Program-made: the position numbers and the translations under genes
In this document: positions 19,091 to 29,983 of the stretch, in pieces
Numbering within the stretch: position 1 is the first letter of the stretch
Layout of the letters: each line of letters begins with the position of its first letter
NCBI GenBank assembly: GCA_019058445.1
Contig: JAHPZA010000002.1
Span: 96,001-160,000, forward strand
Length of the DNA: 64,000 nucleotides
Direction: 5' to 3'
Origin: Promethearchaeota archaeon
Lineage (GTDB): Archaea > Asgardarchaeota > Lokiarchaeia > Sigyniarchaeales > SOKP01
The notes under the pieces: model-generated
The model's database searches: none
What the model saw: the letters and a program-made list of their open reading frames with translations, nothing else
What the model was told of the DNA's origin: nothing

Positions 19091-21457
19091 GTTTTAAAAA
19101 CAAAGGAATATATATCCCATCCATTAGTCAAAAAGGATTTGGTACTCAGAAGAGAATACCAAGAGAATATTTTTATAAGTTGCTTAAAGCACAATTGTTT
19201 AGTGGTTATTCCCACGGGACTCGGGAAAACAATAATTGGATTAATGCTTGCAGTACATAGATTAACAGAGATACCTGAATCTAAAGTTATTTTTTTAGCT
19301 CCTACAAAACCGTTAGTAGAACAGCATTATCACTCATTTTTAGACCTTACTACGATATCCCACGAATCGTTGAAATGTATTACAGGCGCAACACAACCAG
19401 GGAAGAGAAAACTATTATGGGATGATTTAACCATCGCTTTCATGACACCTCAGGTACTCCAAAATGACATCATCTCAAAAACCTATTCGATACACGATGT
19501 ATCATTAATTATTTTCGATGAATGTCATAGAGCAGTGGGAGATTATGCTTATTGTTTTATTGCCAAAAAATATATGGATGACTCAAAATGCCCTCAGATA
19601 TTAGGGCTTACAGCCAGTCCAGGTTCAACGAAAGAGAAGATTAACGAGATTAAAGAAAATTTATTTATTGATCACGTTGAAATAAGAACAGAAAAGGATT
19701 CAGACGTAAAGCCTTATATTCATAATGTGGATAATGAATGGATAAAGATTAAGCTTCCAAGTGAATTTTTAGAAATCAAGAATATTTTAACTGAAAAATT
19801 AAAAGATGGGTATAAATGGTTAAAACAAAATGACTTACTTGATTCTTATGATGTGAACAAAATCACTCGTAAGGATATTTTAAAATTAAATAATCAAATA
19901 AATAAAAGAATTTCATACGCACGAGATGACAATGAAAAGTTTCAAATGTTTACTGCTAAAAAATTGGCTGCTAATGCCATTAGATTATCCCATATGTCTG
20001 AATTAATAGAAACTCAAGGCGTTAATGCGCTGAAAGACTATATTGAAAAAAATGAAGAAAAGATAAAGCGAAATACCGCAAATAAATCTTTAAAGGAACT
20101 ATTTTATGATAAGGATTTTAAACGTGTGAAAACCTTAACATTTCATGTTCAATCAAAAGGCATAGTTCACCCTAAATTAGAAAAATTAAAAGAACTTTTG
20201 AGTCAACAGCTAACTGAGAACAAAGATTCTCGAATTCTGGTTTTCTGCCATTTTAGGGATTCAGTGAATAATATTGTGAAAATTTTTAAAGAGGATGATA
20301 TAATAAAAGCTCATAAATTTGTAGGGCAAGCAACTAAAGGTTCAGATAAAGGTTTAACCCAAAAACAGCAGATAAACCTCCTTGAAGACTTTAAAGAAGG
20401 GATTTATAATACCCTAATAGGAACAAGTGTCGCTGAAGAAGGACTTGATATAGCAGAATGTGATTTAGTAGTCTTTTATGATGTTGTACCCAGCGCTATT
20501 CGTTCAATTCAACGTCGCGGTCGTACAGGTAGGAAAAAAGAAGGAAAAGTGTATGTATTGATGGCAGAAGACACTAGAGATGAGGGATATTATTGGGCAG
20601 AAAAAGTAAAAGAAAGAAATATGAAAGAAAGCTTGAGAATGATTAAAAGCGGTGAAAAAAAATCGAATTCAAAGCAACAAAAAAACATATTAAATTATGC
20701 TATACCGGAAAAAAAGGAAAAAATACAAGGTAACCATTTAGACAAAAACGATAATGAGAAGGAAGTAGAGAGGAGTGAAAAATACGATTCAAAATCAATT
20801 AACAAGATTGAGGATGCGAATAAATTCACAATAATATGTGACAACAGAGAAACTGCGTCACCAATAGTTCGAATTCTGTCATTATTAGGAATCAATTTGA
20901 AATTAGAGCAATTGCCTGTGGCTGATTATGTTATATCTGAAAGAGTAGGGATTGAGAGAAAATCTTCACAAGATTTTAACGATTCTATAAAGGATGGTCG
21001 TTTATTTAATGAATTAATTGAATTAAAAAACAATTTTGAGCGATCTATTCTTATTTTAGAGGGTGATCCTTTAGAAAATTCAAATATCAATGAAAATGCT
21101 TTATATGGAGCGATCACGTCTATAATTTTAAATTTAGGGATAACCATCTATAAAACTAAAAATCCAGAAGAGACTGCGACGTTTTTATTCCAAATGGCAA
21201 AAAAAGAGCAATCTGAAAAGACTACTCAAATGAAACTAAGGTTTGAAAAAGCTCCTTTAGATTTATCTCATCTTTTAGAGTTTATCATTGCTGGAATTCC
21301 CGGAGTGAATTATTCAAGAGCAAAAAATTTATTAAATGAATTTAAGACATTACAGCAGATATTTAATTCAGATATTCCTGATTTAACTAATGTTGATAAC
21401 ATTGGCAAAAAAATTGCTCAAGAAATCTATAAGATAAGCAGATATAAATACAAATAA
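19091..21457 (+). CDS. hef: Hef helicase-nuclease (FANCM/MPH1-like SF2 helicase + ERCC4 nuclease + HhH); true start uncertain, upstream of the TTG at 19139
   Basis: PTGLGKT, DECH, QRRGRTGR, ADY..S...IERKS..DF and C-terminal HhH motifs. The conserved YISHPL lies upstream of the first canonical start. Confidence 0.93.
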   Translation, partial: VLKTKEYISHPLVKKDLVLRREYQENIFISCLKHNCLVVIPTGLGKTIIGLMLAVHRLTEIPESKVIFLAPTKPLVEQHYHSFLDLTTISHESLKCITGATQPGKRKLLWDDLTIAFMTPQVLQNDIISKTYSIHDVSLIIFDECHRAVGDYAYCFIAKKYMDDSKCPQILGLTASPGSTKEKINEIKENLFIDHVEIRTEKDSDVKPYIHNVDNEWIKIKLPSEFLEIKNILTEKLKDGYKWLKQNDLLDSYDVNKITRKDILKLNNQINKRISYARDDNEKFQMFTAKKLAANAIRLSHMSELIETQGVNALKDYIEKNEEKIKRNTANKSLKELFYDKDFKRVKTLTFHVQSKGIVHPKLEKLKELLSQQLTENKDSRILVFCHFRDSVNNIVKIFKEDDIIKAHKFVGQATKGSDKGLTQKQQINLLEDFKEGIYNTLIGTSVAEEGLDIAECDLVVFYDVVPSAIRSIQRRGRTGRKKEGKVYVLMAEDTRDEGYYWAEKVKERNMKESLRMIKSGEKKSNSKQQKNILNYAIPEKKEKIQGNHLDKNDNEKEVERSEKYDSKSINKIEDANKFTIICDNRETASPIVRILSLLGINLKLEQLPVADYVISERVGIERKSSQDFNDSIKDGRLFNELIELKNNFERSILILEGDPLENSNINENALYGAITSIILNLGITIYKTKNPEETATFLFQMAKKEQSEKTTQMKLRFEKAPLDLSHLLEFIIAGIPGVNYSRAKNLLNEFKTLQQIFNSDIPDLTNVDNIGKKIAQEIYKISRYKYK

Positions 21458-21586
21458 AACCCTTTGCAATAAATTTTCTGTAATTAATTTTCCCTCAGTT
21501 TTATATACTAATGTTCAATTTACATGAACTATTTTGTATAACAATAAGAATTATATGATTTCTTTCTGATATAATATTGGGATATA

Positions 21587-22774
21587 ATGAAAGTTAATCA
21601 CTGGAATTTTGACGAAGTAATTGATCGTAAGAATACGTGCTCATCAAAATGGGATGGAACAGATAGATTTTTCCAGAAAAAAAATTTATTACCTATGTGG
21701 GTGGCAGATATGGATTTTCTTTCTCCACGTCCCATCATTGATGCTATAATTCGCCGTGCCGAGCATGGTGTATTTGGGTATACCTTTTTAAGTCCTGAAT
21801 ATTATAAAGCTTTAATTAATTGGTTTCAACGGCGCCATAATTGGCCAATAGAGAAGAAATGGATATTTTCTGCTCCCGGAGTTCTTCCTGGTCTAAGTTT
21901 TTCAGTCCAAGCATTCAGTAAACCAGGAGATAAAATTATTGTACAAAATCCGGTATATACGCCATTTTACCAAATTATTAAAAATAATGCTCGTAAAAGA
22001 TTATTAAATCCCTTAAAATTATCGAATGGTCATTATGAGATGGACTTTAAAGATTTAAGGGCAAAAGCACGCCATCCCCGAGCTAAACTTATGATACTCT
22101 GTAATCCCCACAATCCGACGGGAAGGGTTTGGACAAGGGAAGAGTTAATCACCCTAGGAGAAATCTGTCTAGAAAATCAGATTTTAGTCATTGCTGATGA
22201 AATACATTGTGATTTAGTATATTCTGGATATAAATACACACCATTCGCCTCAATATCTGATGAATTTGCCCAGAATTGTATTATTTGTAATTCTCCAAGT
22301 AAGACATTTAATATACCTAGTTTAAAACTCGCAAATGTTATTATTCCAAACGCTCAATTACGAACTAAATTTAGCAGAATTAGACAGAGTCATCACATTA
22401 CCACACTCAATTGCTTTGCATCAAGTGTATTGGAAGCAGCTTATAATGAATGTGAAGAGTGGTTGGATGAACTTAAAGTATACCTCAAGGAGAATTTGGA
22501 ATTTTTAAAACATTTTATTAAAGAAAAGATTCCTGAGATTAAAGTCATTGAGCCAGAAGGGACATATTTAGTATGGCTTGATTTTCGAGGATTAGGATTT
22601 GATAGCAAAGAAATAACCAAAATTTTGTTTGATAATGCAAAAGTAGCATTATGGGAAGGGCATCTCTTTGGAAAAGGTGGCACAGGATTTGAACGAATAA
22701 ATATTGCTTGCCCTCGTTCAATTTTAAGCGAAGGACTTAATCGGATCGTTAAAGCTATAAAAGAATTTTCGTGA
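21587..22774 (+). CDS. MalY/PatB family PLP-dependent C-S lyase/aminotransferase
   Basis: PMWVADMDF, CNPHNPTGRVW, DEIH and SPSKTFN motifs. Confidence 0.92.
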   Translation: MKVNHWNFDEVIDRKNTCSSKWDGTDRFFQKKNLLPMWVADMDFLSPRPIIDAIIRRAEHGVFGYTFLSPEYYKALINWFQRRHNWPIEKKWIFSAPGVLPGLSFSVQAFSKPGDKIIVQNPVYTPFYQIIKNNARKRLLNPLKLSNGHYEMDFKDLRAKARHPRAKLMILCNPHNPTGRVWTREELITLGEICLENQILVIADEIHCDLVYSGYKYTPFASISDEFAQNCIICNSPSKTFNIPSLKLANVIIPNAQLRTKFSRIRQSHHITTLNCFASSVLEAAYNECEEWLDELKVYLKENLEFLKHFIKEKIPEIKVIEPEGTYLVWLDFRGLGFDSKEITKILFDNAKVALWEGHLFGKGGTGFERINIACPRSILSEGLNRIVKAIKEFS

Positions 22775-22896
22775 AATCCCTTTCTTTTTAATAGTAAGAT
22801 AGTTAAAAGTAGTTAGATATTTAGATATTAAAAAGGCAATCGATCCATCTTTATAGAAAAAAAGGAAATGATAAAAAACTTTATTCTAGGTTGATA

Positions 22897-24183
22897 CTAT
22901 TTTACATCGCTCAAGTTTATACCTTTGGTTTCTTTCAAATATGAATAAGTTAATGGTATAATAATTAGATGTGGCAAGCTCAATATTATGAAAGTGAGTC
23001 CTAGACCAAAAAATAATATAAGAATGCTGCTGATAAACAAACCACTAGTCATACCGATAGCTACTATCAAAGTTCTTAATCCACTTCCCGTTCCTCTAGC
23101 ATCTGTAGGTGTTATTTCTACCGTTATTAACCTTGCAATGATTGTGATACCTTGACCTGTGATATAAGCGATTCCCACACTAATTCCTACTATTATTAAG
23201 ACAAGGACCCCTGAGAGATTCACACTCATGACTGTAACTATTATTGAGACTGGAGCCAAGACACTATATATATAGAGCATTGGTTTTCTCCCCCACTTAT
23301 CTGCGAGTATTCCTGTTATGAGATATCCTAAAATAACAGATATTGCGATGATATAGATTAAAAGATTAATTTCGGTCTCGCTCACGTGCCCACTACTTGC
23401 CCAATATGCTTCAATTAATCTATAGAACACGACATCTAAACCAGCAATTAAGCCAATTATCAATATTACTATGAGCTCCGTTCGTCGGGCATGATTGAAT
23501 AAAATTTTCAAATTTTCTCTAAACTTCGGCATTTCTTCTCTTAAAGCTCGGTTCTCCTTCATCTCTTCAAACTTTTGAGTCTCTTTAAATGTTAATAATA
23601 TAAGAAGACTCAGTGAGAAACCGAGAACTATCGCGAAATATGTCATGCCTCTCCAATTTGCCGAAGTCTCAGTTATAAATATAGAACGAAAAGTTGGGAG
23701 TAATAATGCACCCCCCATCCCGCCCATTAGCACAAATGTGTTCCATTGACCGCGTTTCTCTGGTGGACATTCTTCACTAATATAGATAGTCCAAATGTCG
23801 GAGCTAAAAAAGATATAAAGCATGAATAGATAAATGGTGTATTGAATAATATTAGTTGCCGTTGCGATCAAGAGTGAAGAAAAACCCATGCCAAACACAG
23901 TAAATGCTAGGAGTATTTTTCTTCCTTTGCGATCTGCTAGGAATTGATTTAATAGCACAAAATACGTCCCGATCGATGCAATTGCGATACAAAATGCATA
24001 TATTGAATGAGCTACATTTTCGGGATAATTTGATAAGAATTCGGCGATAACCTTACTAGGAATGACAGTTGGATAAAGAGTAGAATATGTATCAAGAATT
24101 TCAACAAGCATTAAGACGATAATCATGTATAATAAAGCAGCTTTGGATCTTTCCCGAGAAAAATCGTTTTTATTTTGAGTCAT
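22897..24183 (-). CDS. MFS transporter
   Basis: About 12 TM segments; LADRKGRK and LADKWGRK motif A. Confidence 0.88.
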   Translation of the reverse strand: MTQNKNDFSRERSKAALLYMIIVLMLVEILDTYSTLYPTVIPSKVIAEFLSNYPENVAHSIYAFCIAIASIGTYFVLLNQFLADRKGRKILLAFTVFGMGFSSLLIATATNIIQYTIYLFMLYIFFSSDIWTIYISEECPPEKRGQWNTFVLMGGMGGALLLPTFRSIFITETSANWRGMTYFAIVLGFSLSLLILLTFKETQKFEEMKENRALREEMPKFRENLKILFNHARRTELIVILIIGLIAGLDVVFYRLIEAYWASSGHVSETEINLLIYIIAISVILGYLITGILADKWGRKPMLYIYSVLAPVSIIVTVMSVNLSGVLVLIIVGISVGIAYITGQGITIIARLITVEITPTDARGTGSGLRTLIVAIGMTSGLFISSILILFFGLGLTFIILSLPHLIIIPLTYSYLKETKGINLSDVK

Positions 24184-24361
24184 GAAAATATATTTTAGTT
24201 TCTGGATATTTAAGGATTTTGGATAATACGCCCCAAAAATTGAATACTTTAGAAATTAACTTCTGATTAAAAGATTAAATATTTTTAAGCATAATTATTA
24301 TAAAGTAATATATTCGAATATATTTTATATATCATTAGATATTAATAGAGCTAAATTTACG

Positions 24362-24952
24362 ATGATAAAATTTAAAGTCGTTATCGCTGGTCAGAAGGAT
24401 GTAGGCAAAACCTCACTTCTTCGCAGGTATGCGACAGGTAAGTTCGATACCTCTACTCTAAGCACTATTGGCGTAGATTTTGAAACGAAAAAAATTATGG
24501 TTGATGATGTAGAGATATTGCTCAATTTATGGGACTTTGCGGGGGAAAAAAAATTCAGAACATTATTTCCTTCTTATGTTTCCGGAGCTTCAGGAGCTTT
24601 GATATTGTATGATATTACGAGTAAAGATTCTCTTTATGACCTTGAAAGTTGGATGAAGGTTATCGATAATGTGGATAATCCCCCAAGGACCAGGATTTTA
24701 ATAGAACATAAAATAGATTTAGAAGACCAGAGGGAAGTTTCTACAAAAGAGGCTAAAAAATTTCATAAAAAATATAATTTTAAAGGAGATATTTTAGGCG
24801 CATCGGCAAAAACTGGAGAAAATGTAGAAAATGTATTTGTGACTTTAGGAACTGAGATTCTGAAAAATTCATTACGTAAGTGCCCTAATTGTGGAAAACA
24901 TTATCCACTTGAACTTAAGTTTTGCCAATATTGTGGAACCAAAACGTACTAA
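24362..24952 (+). CDS. Rab-like small GTPase with C-terminal double Zn-ribbon
   Basis: GQKDVGKT, STIGVDF, WDFAGEK, EHKID, ASAK; tail CPNC...CQYC. Confidence 0.92.
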   Translation: MIKFKVVIAGQKDVGKTSLLRRYATGKFDTSTLSTIGVDFETKKIMVDDVEILLNLWDFAGEKKFRTLFPSYVSGASGALILYDITSKDSLYDLESWMKVIDNVDNPPRTRILIEHKIDLEDQREVSTKEAKKFHKKYNFKGDILGASAKTGENVENVFVTLGTEILKNSLRKCPNCGKHYPLELKFCQYCGTKTY

Positions 24953-25121
24953 CTTTGGTTTACGTTTAATTTTAATTTTTAAGAGATTCAAGACTAGGTT
25001 TTGAAATATTAATTCCAATTAAATTCAAGTAAAACGGAAATTTTTAAAAAATAATATATCTTAAAGAGCATTTATTTATAAAAAAAAGAAATTTATTATC
25101 CCAAATTTAAAGGTTTTAAGA

Positions 25122-26186
25122 TTGAATTACGAAATTTCTCAAGATATACAAGAAATTATAAATAGAATCGAAAAAGAAAATATTTCTTTTAAGAATAAAA
25201 CGGTGTTAGTTACTGGTGGTGCGGGATTTCTGGGCTCATGGACTTGTGATGTCTTAGTAGCACAAGGAGCTTATTGTATTTGTTTAGATAATTTATCATC
25301 AGGAAGGTTTGAAAACATATCACATTTAATGGATAAAAAGAACTTTCGATTTATTAATCATGATATTTCAGAACCAATATTTTTTGGTTTAACCCATCAT
25401 CCGAAAGGAATTTGTATTGGTGATATCAATAAAATCGATATAGTAATGCATATGGCAAGTAGAGCGTCTCCATTTGAATTTAAGAAATATCCAATTCCTA
25501 TATTAAAGAGCAATACGCTCGGAACAATGAATGCTTTAGGGATTGTAAAAGCACATAATGCATTATTTTTCTATACAAGCACGTCGGAAGTATATGGCAA
25601 TCCTCCTGATGAGGCAGTACCAACTCCGGAGACTTATTTTGGGCATGTTAATCCTGTGGGACCTCGTAGTTGCTATGACGAGTCAAAGAGGGCAGGAGAA
25701 GCTTTCGTGAAAGCATATGAGCTTCAACACGACATTAAAAATAAAATAGTCAGAATATTTAATACATCTGGACCACGAATTCGTTCTGGTCCTGAATTTG
25801 GAAGAGTTATTCCCAATTTTATATACCAAGCGCTTAATGACGAGGATATCACCGTTTTTGGTGATGGTTCACAGACTCGCTCCTTTACTTATATTGTTGA
25901 TGAGATAGAAGGATTTTTAAGAATGGTTTATAAACCAGAAGCTCTTGGAGAAGTTATAAATTTGGGAAATGATAAAGAGTTTACCATATTAGAATTGGCG
26001 AATATCATCCTTGAGTTAACGAATTCTCATTCAAAAATCGTTTATAAACATCTCCCTATTGATGATCCCGTAAGAAGGTGTCCGGATCTGAAAAAAGCAA
26101 AAGAAATTTTAAATTGGGAGCCCACAACCACCTTAAGGGAAGGGCTGAAAAAGACTATATCATGGTTTAAAAAGAATGAACAGTAA
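25122..26186 (+). CDS. NAD-dependent epimerase/dehydratase, UDP-glucuronate decarboxylase-like
   Basis: TGGAGFLG, STSEVYG, RSCYDESKR, GDGSQTRSF and DDP.RRCPD motifs. Confidence 0.9.
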   Translation: MNYEISQDIQEIINRIEKENISFKNKTVLVTGGAGFLGSWTCDVLVAQGAYCICLDNLSSGRFENISHLMDKKNFRFINHDISEPIFFGLTHHPKGICIGDINKIDIVMHMASRASPFEFKKYPIPILKSNTLGTMNALGIVKAHNALFFYTSTSEVYGNPPDEAVPTPETYFGHVNPVGPRSCYDESKRAGEAFVKAYELQHDIKNKIVRIFNTSGPRIRSGPEFGRVIPNFIYQALNDEDITVFGDGSQTRSFTYIVDEIEGFLRMVYKPEALGEVINLGNDKEFTILELANIILELTNSHSKIVYKHLPIDDPVRRCPDLKKAKEILNWEPTTTLREGLKKTISWFKKNEQ

Positions 26187-26703
26187 AATCGCTCAGAAGA
26201 AAAAATCCGAAATGGAAATTGCCAGCATTCAGTTTCAACGTCTTTTAAGATTTTCATTGATTTCTGGAATCCTTATTGTGTCCGGATTTATCGTGTATTA
26301 TATCTTAGTTCCTGAGGAAGGCTATGTAGGGTTTGGTATTTTAAATCATGATGAAAGAGCAGAAGATTATCCTACTACTGCTAAAGTGAACCAATCTATT
26401 GGATTTTATATAACTGTTGATAATGAGTTAGATCACGATTTTACTTTCAAGCTCATTATTTTATTAGGAAATGAGGATACAAAACTAACTCCCGACGAAG
26501 GTTCAAAACATGCGAATAAAACGTTTACGACAGATAAAGAAACGTTAAAGCCAACCAAGCATTGGATGTCTGATAAATTATATGTTTCGTTTCCGTATAA
26601 CGGAACGGATCAAATATTAATAGTAGAATTATGGAAATATAACGCAGATAATAGCAGAGAATTTTGGGATATATTATGGTTGCGAATTGATGTATATAGT
26701 TAA
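26176..26703 (+). CDS. DUF1616-like membrane-anchored protein
   Basis: One TM helix, then FGILN...AEDYPT and a C-terminal LWLRIDV pattern. Confidence 0.7.
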   Translation: MNSKIAQKKKSEMEIASIQFQRLLRFSLISGILIVSGFIVYYILVPEEGYVGFGILNHDERAEDYPTTAKVNQSIGFYITVDNELDHDFTFKLIILLGNEDTKLTPDEGSKHANKTFTTDKETLKPTKHWMSDKLYVSFPYNGTDQILIVELWKYNADNSREFWDILWLRIDVYS

Positions 26704-28076
26704 TGAGCGGCCCCGATAATTTGGACATCTTTTATTCTCACGTATGGAGCTTGATATCTCCCATATATTTTAAATTCTTTAGAAACTGCATCAAGATTAT
26801 TAAACAGTTCGAAAAGATTTATTCCGACCATAGTTTCATTCAAAGGTTTTTTAATTTCCCCATTTTCAATTAAATTACCTTGAAGGATTAGTCCTGAGAA
26901 ATCTGCTGTTGTAATGTTGGGGCTGTCTCCCGTATATTCTAAAATTATGCCTTTCTTCACATCTCTTATCATCTCGTTATAAAAAAAATCTCCAGGTTTC
27001 ATTATAAAATTAGTAGCTCCGATCGAAGGAACAGAACTATAAGAGCTTCGCACAGCGTTTCCTGTACTTTCAATTCCTTCCTTACTCGCAGTATAACTAT
27101 TATGCAGTAGACCATCTTGTAAGAATTTTCCAGATTGTATAACTGATTTATTTTTACATGGAACTCCCTCGGCATCAAAAGGAGAAGATCCAAGAGCACC
27201 GTCCATAAGAGCATTATCCTCAATATTTAGAAGTTCTGAACCGATAGTTTCATTTCTTTTCCCTATTAGAAAGCTTCTTTTATATTGAAACGTTTCGGCA
27301 TTTATAGCTGAAGCGAGTGGACTCAATATTAAACTTATTGTGCCATTCGGCGTTAAAATTAATGGAACTTTCATATTGTTGATTTTAATTCTGTTTAAAT
27401 TCCTTTTGGCCTTGGTCAATGCGCTTCTGGCAATGTCAATTGCATTGATTTCCTTCAAATTACGAGCAGATTGCCAATCAAAGCCGAAAGAAGTCTCATT
27501 ACTTACTTTATCTTTTACAATAATGTTCGAAGTAATTGAACATGAGGTTACTTTTCCATTTATTTCAATCCCGTTAGAATTAAACACATAGGCTTTAGTA
27601 TAACTTGAAGAAAAATCAGCAGATTGAGAAATAGCGAATTCATCCTCCTTACATACATTAATTAAGTCTTTTGCATAACTTATTGAATCTTCAATTTGAA
27701 GAGCTTTTAATTCTTTATCAAATAGACCCTTTACAGAAGGATATTTCTCGTAATGTTCTGGCAAATCTTTAAAATCTGGATCCCCTGTACCGGCATTCAT
27801 CATCCCGAGAGCGTTTGATATCATTTTTTCCATCGATTTTCTTTCTAAGTTATTTGTAAAGGCAAAACCCAGGGATCCTCTCTTATCAATGGCCCTAATC
27901 GAAACTCCAAGCGAACTTCCCATTTCATTATTTTTAACCGAATTTTCCTCAATTTCTATAGTTATAAATTTACTTTTACCGAAATAGACCTCAGCACATT
28001 TGAGATTACTGTTTTTAGTCTCAGCAAATTTAAGAGCATTACTCGCCAAGCTATAAAAATCTGGTTTGTCTTGCAT
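26700..28076 (-). CDS. pmbA: TldE/PmbA family protein
   Basis: FDAEGVP, STGNA and DFS motifs; lacks HExxH; paired with tldD. Confidence 0.88.
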   Translation of the reverse strand: MQDKPDFYSLASNALKFAETKNSNLKCAEVYFGKSKFITIEIEENSVKNNEMGSSLGVSIRAIDKRGSLGFAFTNNLERKSMEKMISNALGMMNAGTGDPDFKDLPEHYEKYPSVKGLFDKELKALQIEDSISYAKDLINVCKEDEFAISQSADFSSSYTKAYVFNSNGIEINGKVTSCSITSNIIVKDKVSNETSFGFDWQSARNLKEINAIDIARSALTKAKRNLNRIKINNMKVPLILTPNGTISLILSPLASAINAETFQYKRSFLIGKRNETIGSELLNIEDNALMDGALGSSPFDAEGVPCKNKSVIQSGKFLQDGLLHNSYTASKEGIESTGNAVRSSYSSVPSIGATNFIMKPGDFFYNEMIRDVKKGIILEYTGDSPNITTADFSGLILQGNLIENGEIKKPLNETMVGINLFELFNNLDAVSKEFKIYGRYQAPYVRIKDVQIIGAAH

Positions 28077-29522
28077 TTAATTCAAACCTCCAACAGTAAC
28101 ATCTTCGACACGAATATATGGTCCTCCGTCGCATACTCTTACTCCTTGACCTCCCTTCCCACAAGTCCCGTCACTTAGCCCTATCTCATTACCAATCGCC
28201 GAGATTTTATTGAGAACCTCAAGAGTCATCCCTGATAAAGCTACATCTCTCATTAAATCAGTCTTTTCCCCATTTTTTATTAAATAAGAAATTTTACATT
28301 TAAATTGAAAGTTCCCAGTACTTGGATCCGTATAACCATATTGAAAATCTTCACAGAGAATTCCATTTTTCATATCTTTTATCATCTCGTCCAATTCCCA
28401 GTCTTTTGGTTCAAGAAACGTGATCCCCATACGCACTTGAGGCTTTGAAGTATTGGTTGATGCCCTCCCATGTCCATTAGGAGAGACTCCCATTCTTGAG
28501 GAAGTTTCTAAATTATGTAAATAATTCCGAAGAATCCCATTTTTAATTATTTCCGTCTTTTGAGAAGGGATACCCTCATCATCCACGAAATAACTTCCAT
28601 ATAATTCATAGGGTAAATTATATTTCTTTCCTTGCCCCATGGTTGGATCATCGATAATATTGACATCCACATTAGCAATTTGTGTACCAGTTTTCCCTTC
28701 TAAGATACTTTCTTTATTTAAGACCGTATCCGCTTCAATCGCATGGCCAAGAGCTTCATGAATTAAGACTCCGCAAAATTTTGGGTCCATTATAACTGTA
28801 AATTTCCCCCCTACGGGCGATTTTGCCTTAAGTAATTCGACTGCTTCCTTTGCAGATTTGGAACCTAATATTTTAGCTTGATCTGTTTCAATTATCTCAA
28901 ATCCTCCAAGTCCTCCCACGGAATTTACTGATCTTTGAAGTATTCCGTTTTCTTGGGCATAGACTAAGCTAAATAATCTTATTAATGATAATTCTTGGTA
29001 TATAACGCTCCCAAATGAATTGATAAATAAATTGCTCCCATAGCCATCCATATAAACGGTATGGGTGTTTTTAATTTTGGGTGAGTATTTTGAAGCAATT
29101 TTTTCTTGTTGCTTTACTTGATTAATTTTTTCCTCTACGTGAATATCTTCAATATTTTTCTTACTCTCCAGTTTGAAATTTGTTATTAGCGCGTCTCTTT
29201 CCTTTATTTTAAATTTATTTTTACATAAGGATTCAGACAATCGGGCTAATTTTATTGCTTGTTTAAAACCCTCTATCACAGATGGTTTAGAAATATCCTG
29301 CAACGTATTAAATCCCCAACCTCCATTTACAAACGTTCTGATGCCACAATCTATAAGTTCGTAAGAGGAAACTTCCTTGCTTTTTTGGTCTGTAAAATCA
29401 AGGCTTGTACCAATTCCCACTCCAGATTTGATATCCCAGTATTCGATCTTGTTAGCGGCGAGTTGGTTTAATTTTTCAATTAATTGGTCATCAAATAATT
29501 TTAATTCATCAACAACTTCCAT
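28077..29522 (-). CDS. tldD: TldD family metalloprotease
   Basis: HEALGHAIEAD, DDEG and CGKGGQ motifs. Confidence 0.92.
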   Translation of the reverse strand: MEVVDELKLFDDQLIEKLNQLAANKIEYWDIKSGVGIGTSLDFTDQKSKEVSSYELIDCGIRTFVNGGWGFNTLQDISKPSVIEGFKQAIKLARLSESLCKNKFKIKERDALITNFKLESKKNIEDIHVEEKINQVKQQEKIASKYSPKIKNTHTVYMDGYGSNLFINSFGSVIYQELSLIRLFSLVYAQENGILQRSVNSVGGLGGFEIIETDQAKILGSKSAKEAVELLKAKSPVGGKFTVIMDPKFCGVLIHEALGHAIEADTVLNKESILEGKTGTQIANVDVNIIDDPTMGQGKKYNLPYELYGSYFVDDEGIPSQKTEIIKNGILRNYLHNLETSSRMGVSPNGHGRASTNTSKPQVRMGITFLEPKDWELDEMIKDMKNGILCEDFQYGYTDPSTGNFQFKCKISYLIKNGEKTDLMRDVALSGMTLEVLNKISAIGNEIGLSDGTCGKGGQGVRVCDGGPYIRVEDVTVGGLN

Positions 29523-29697
29523 TTTTCCACTTTTTTCTATTGATTTTATCTAAAGAAAAAAATAATGATATCTTTAAAAGTTTTAACAAAGAATCTTACT
29601 ATGCAAACTGCAACTTTTTTTTTCTACATTCTTTACAAGGAAGGAGTCTTAACCCATTTTATATTCTTTGTAGATTTTCCAAATTTAGGGGGATAAT

Positions 29698-29940
29698 TTA
29701 AATTAGAAAATCTTCATTTTCACTAAAAACAGATTTAGTTTTGGGATGATAAAAAGCCATAGGTGTATTATAGCTAAATTATACTGTAAAATTTCCAATT
29801 CTAAAAGCTAAGGCATTTGAATTTTGAGTTTTACTATTTTACTATTTCCATAATACCATCTATTTAATGTGATGGAGTAATTGTTTTGGTGTTCAATTAA
29901 TTTCTCTACTTTTTCAATTCTTGTTTTCTAATCTTGATTT
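29698..29940 (-). pseudogene. Degraded ORF remnant (8-bp duplication frameshift plus nonsense codon)
   Basis: Removing one copy of tandem AATAGTAA (29831-29846) joins ...RWYYGNSK to TQNSNALAFRIGNFTV*FSYNTPMAFYHP...SEN. Confidence 0.45.
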
Positions 29941-29983
29941 AAGGTTTTTTAAGATTATTATAGCTGCTTGGCAATCTATTATA

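Noticed and set aside
25395-25440. Hairpin within an apparent loop insertion of the epimerase gene as a possible in-frame intron
   Set aside because: No 4-bp central helix with 3-nt bulges could be built, and the ORF is uninterrupted.
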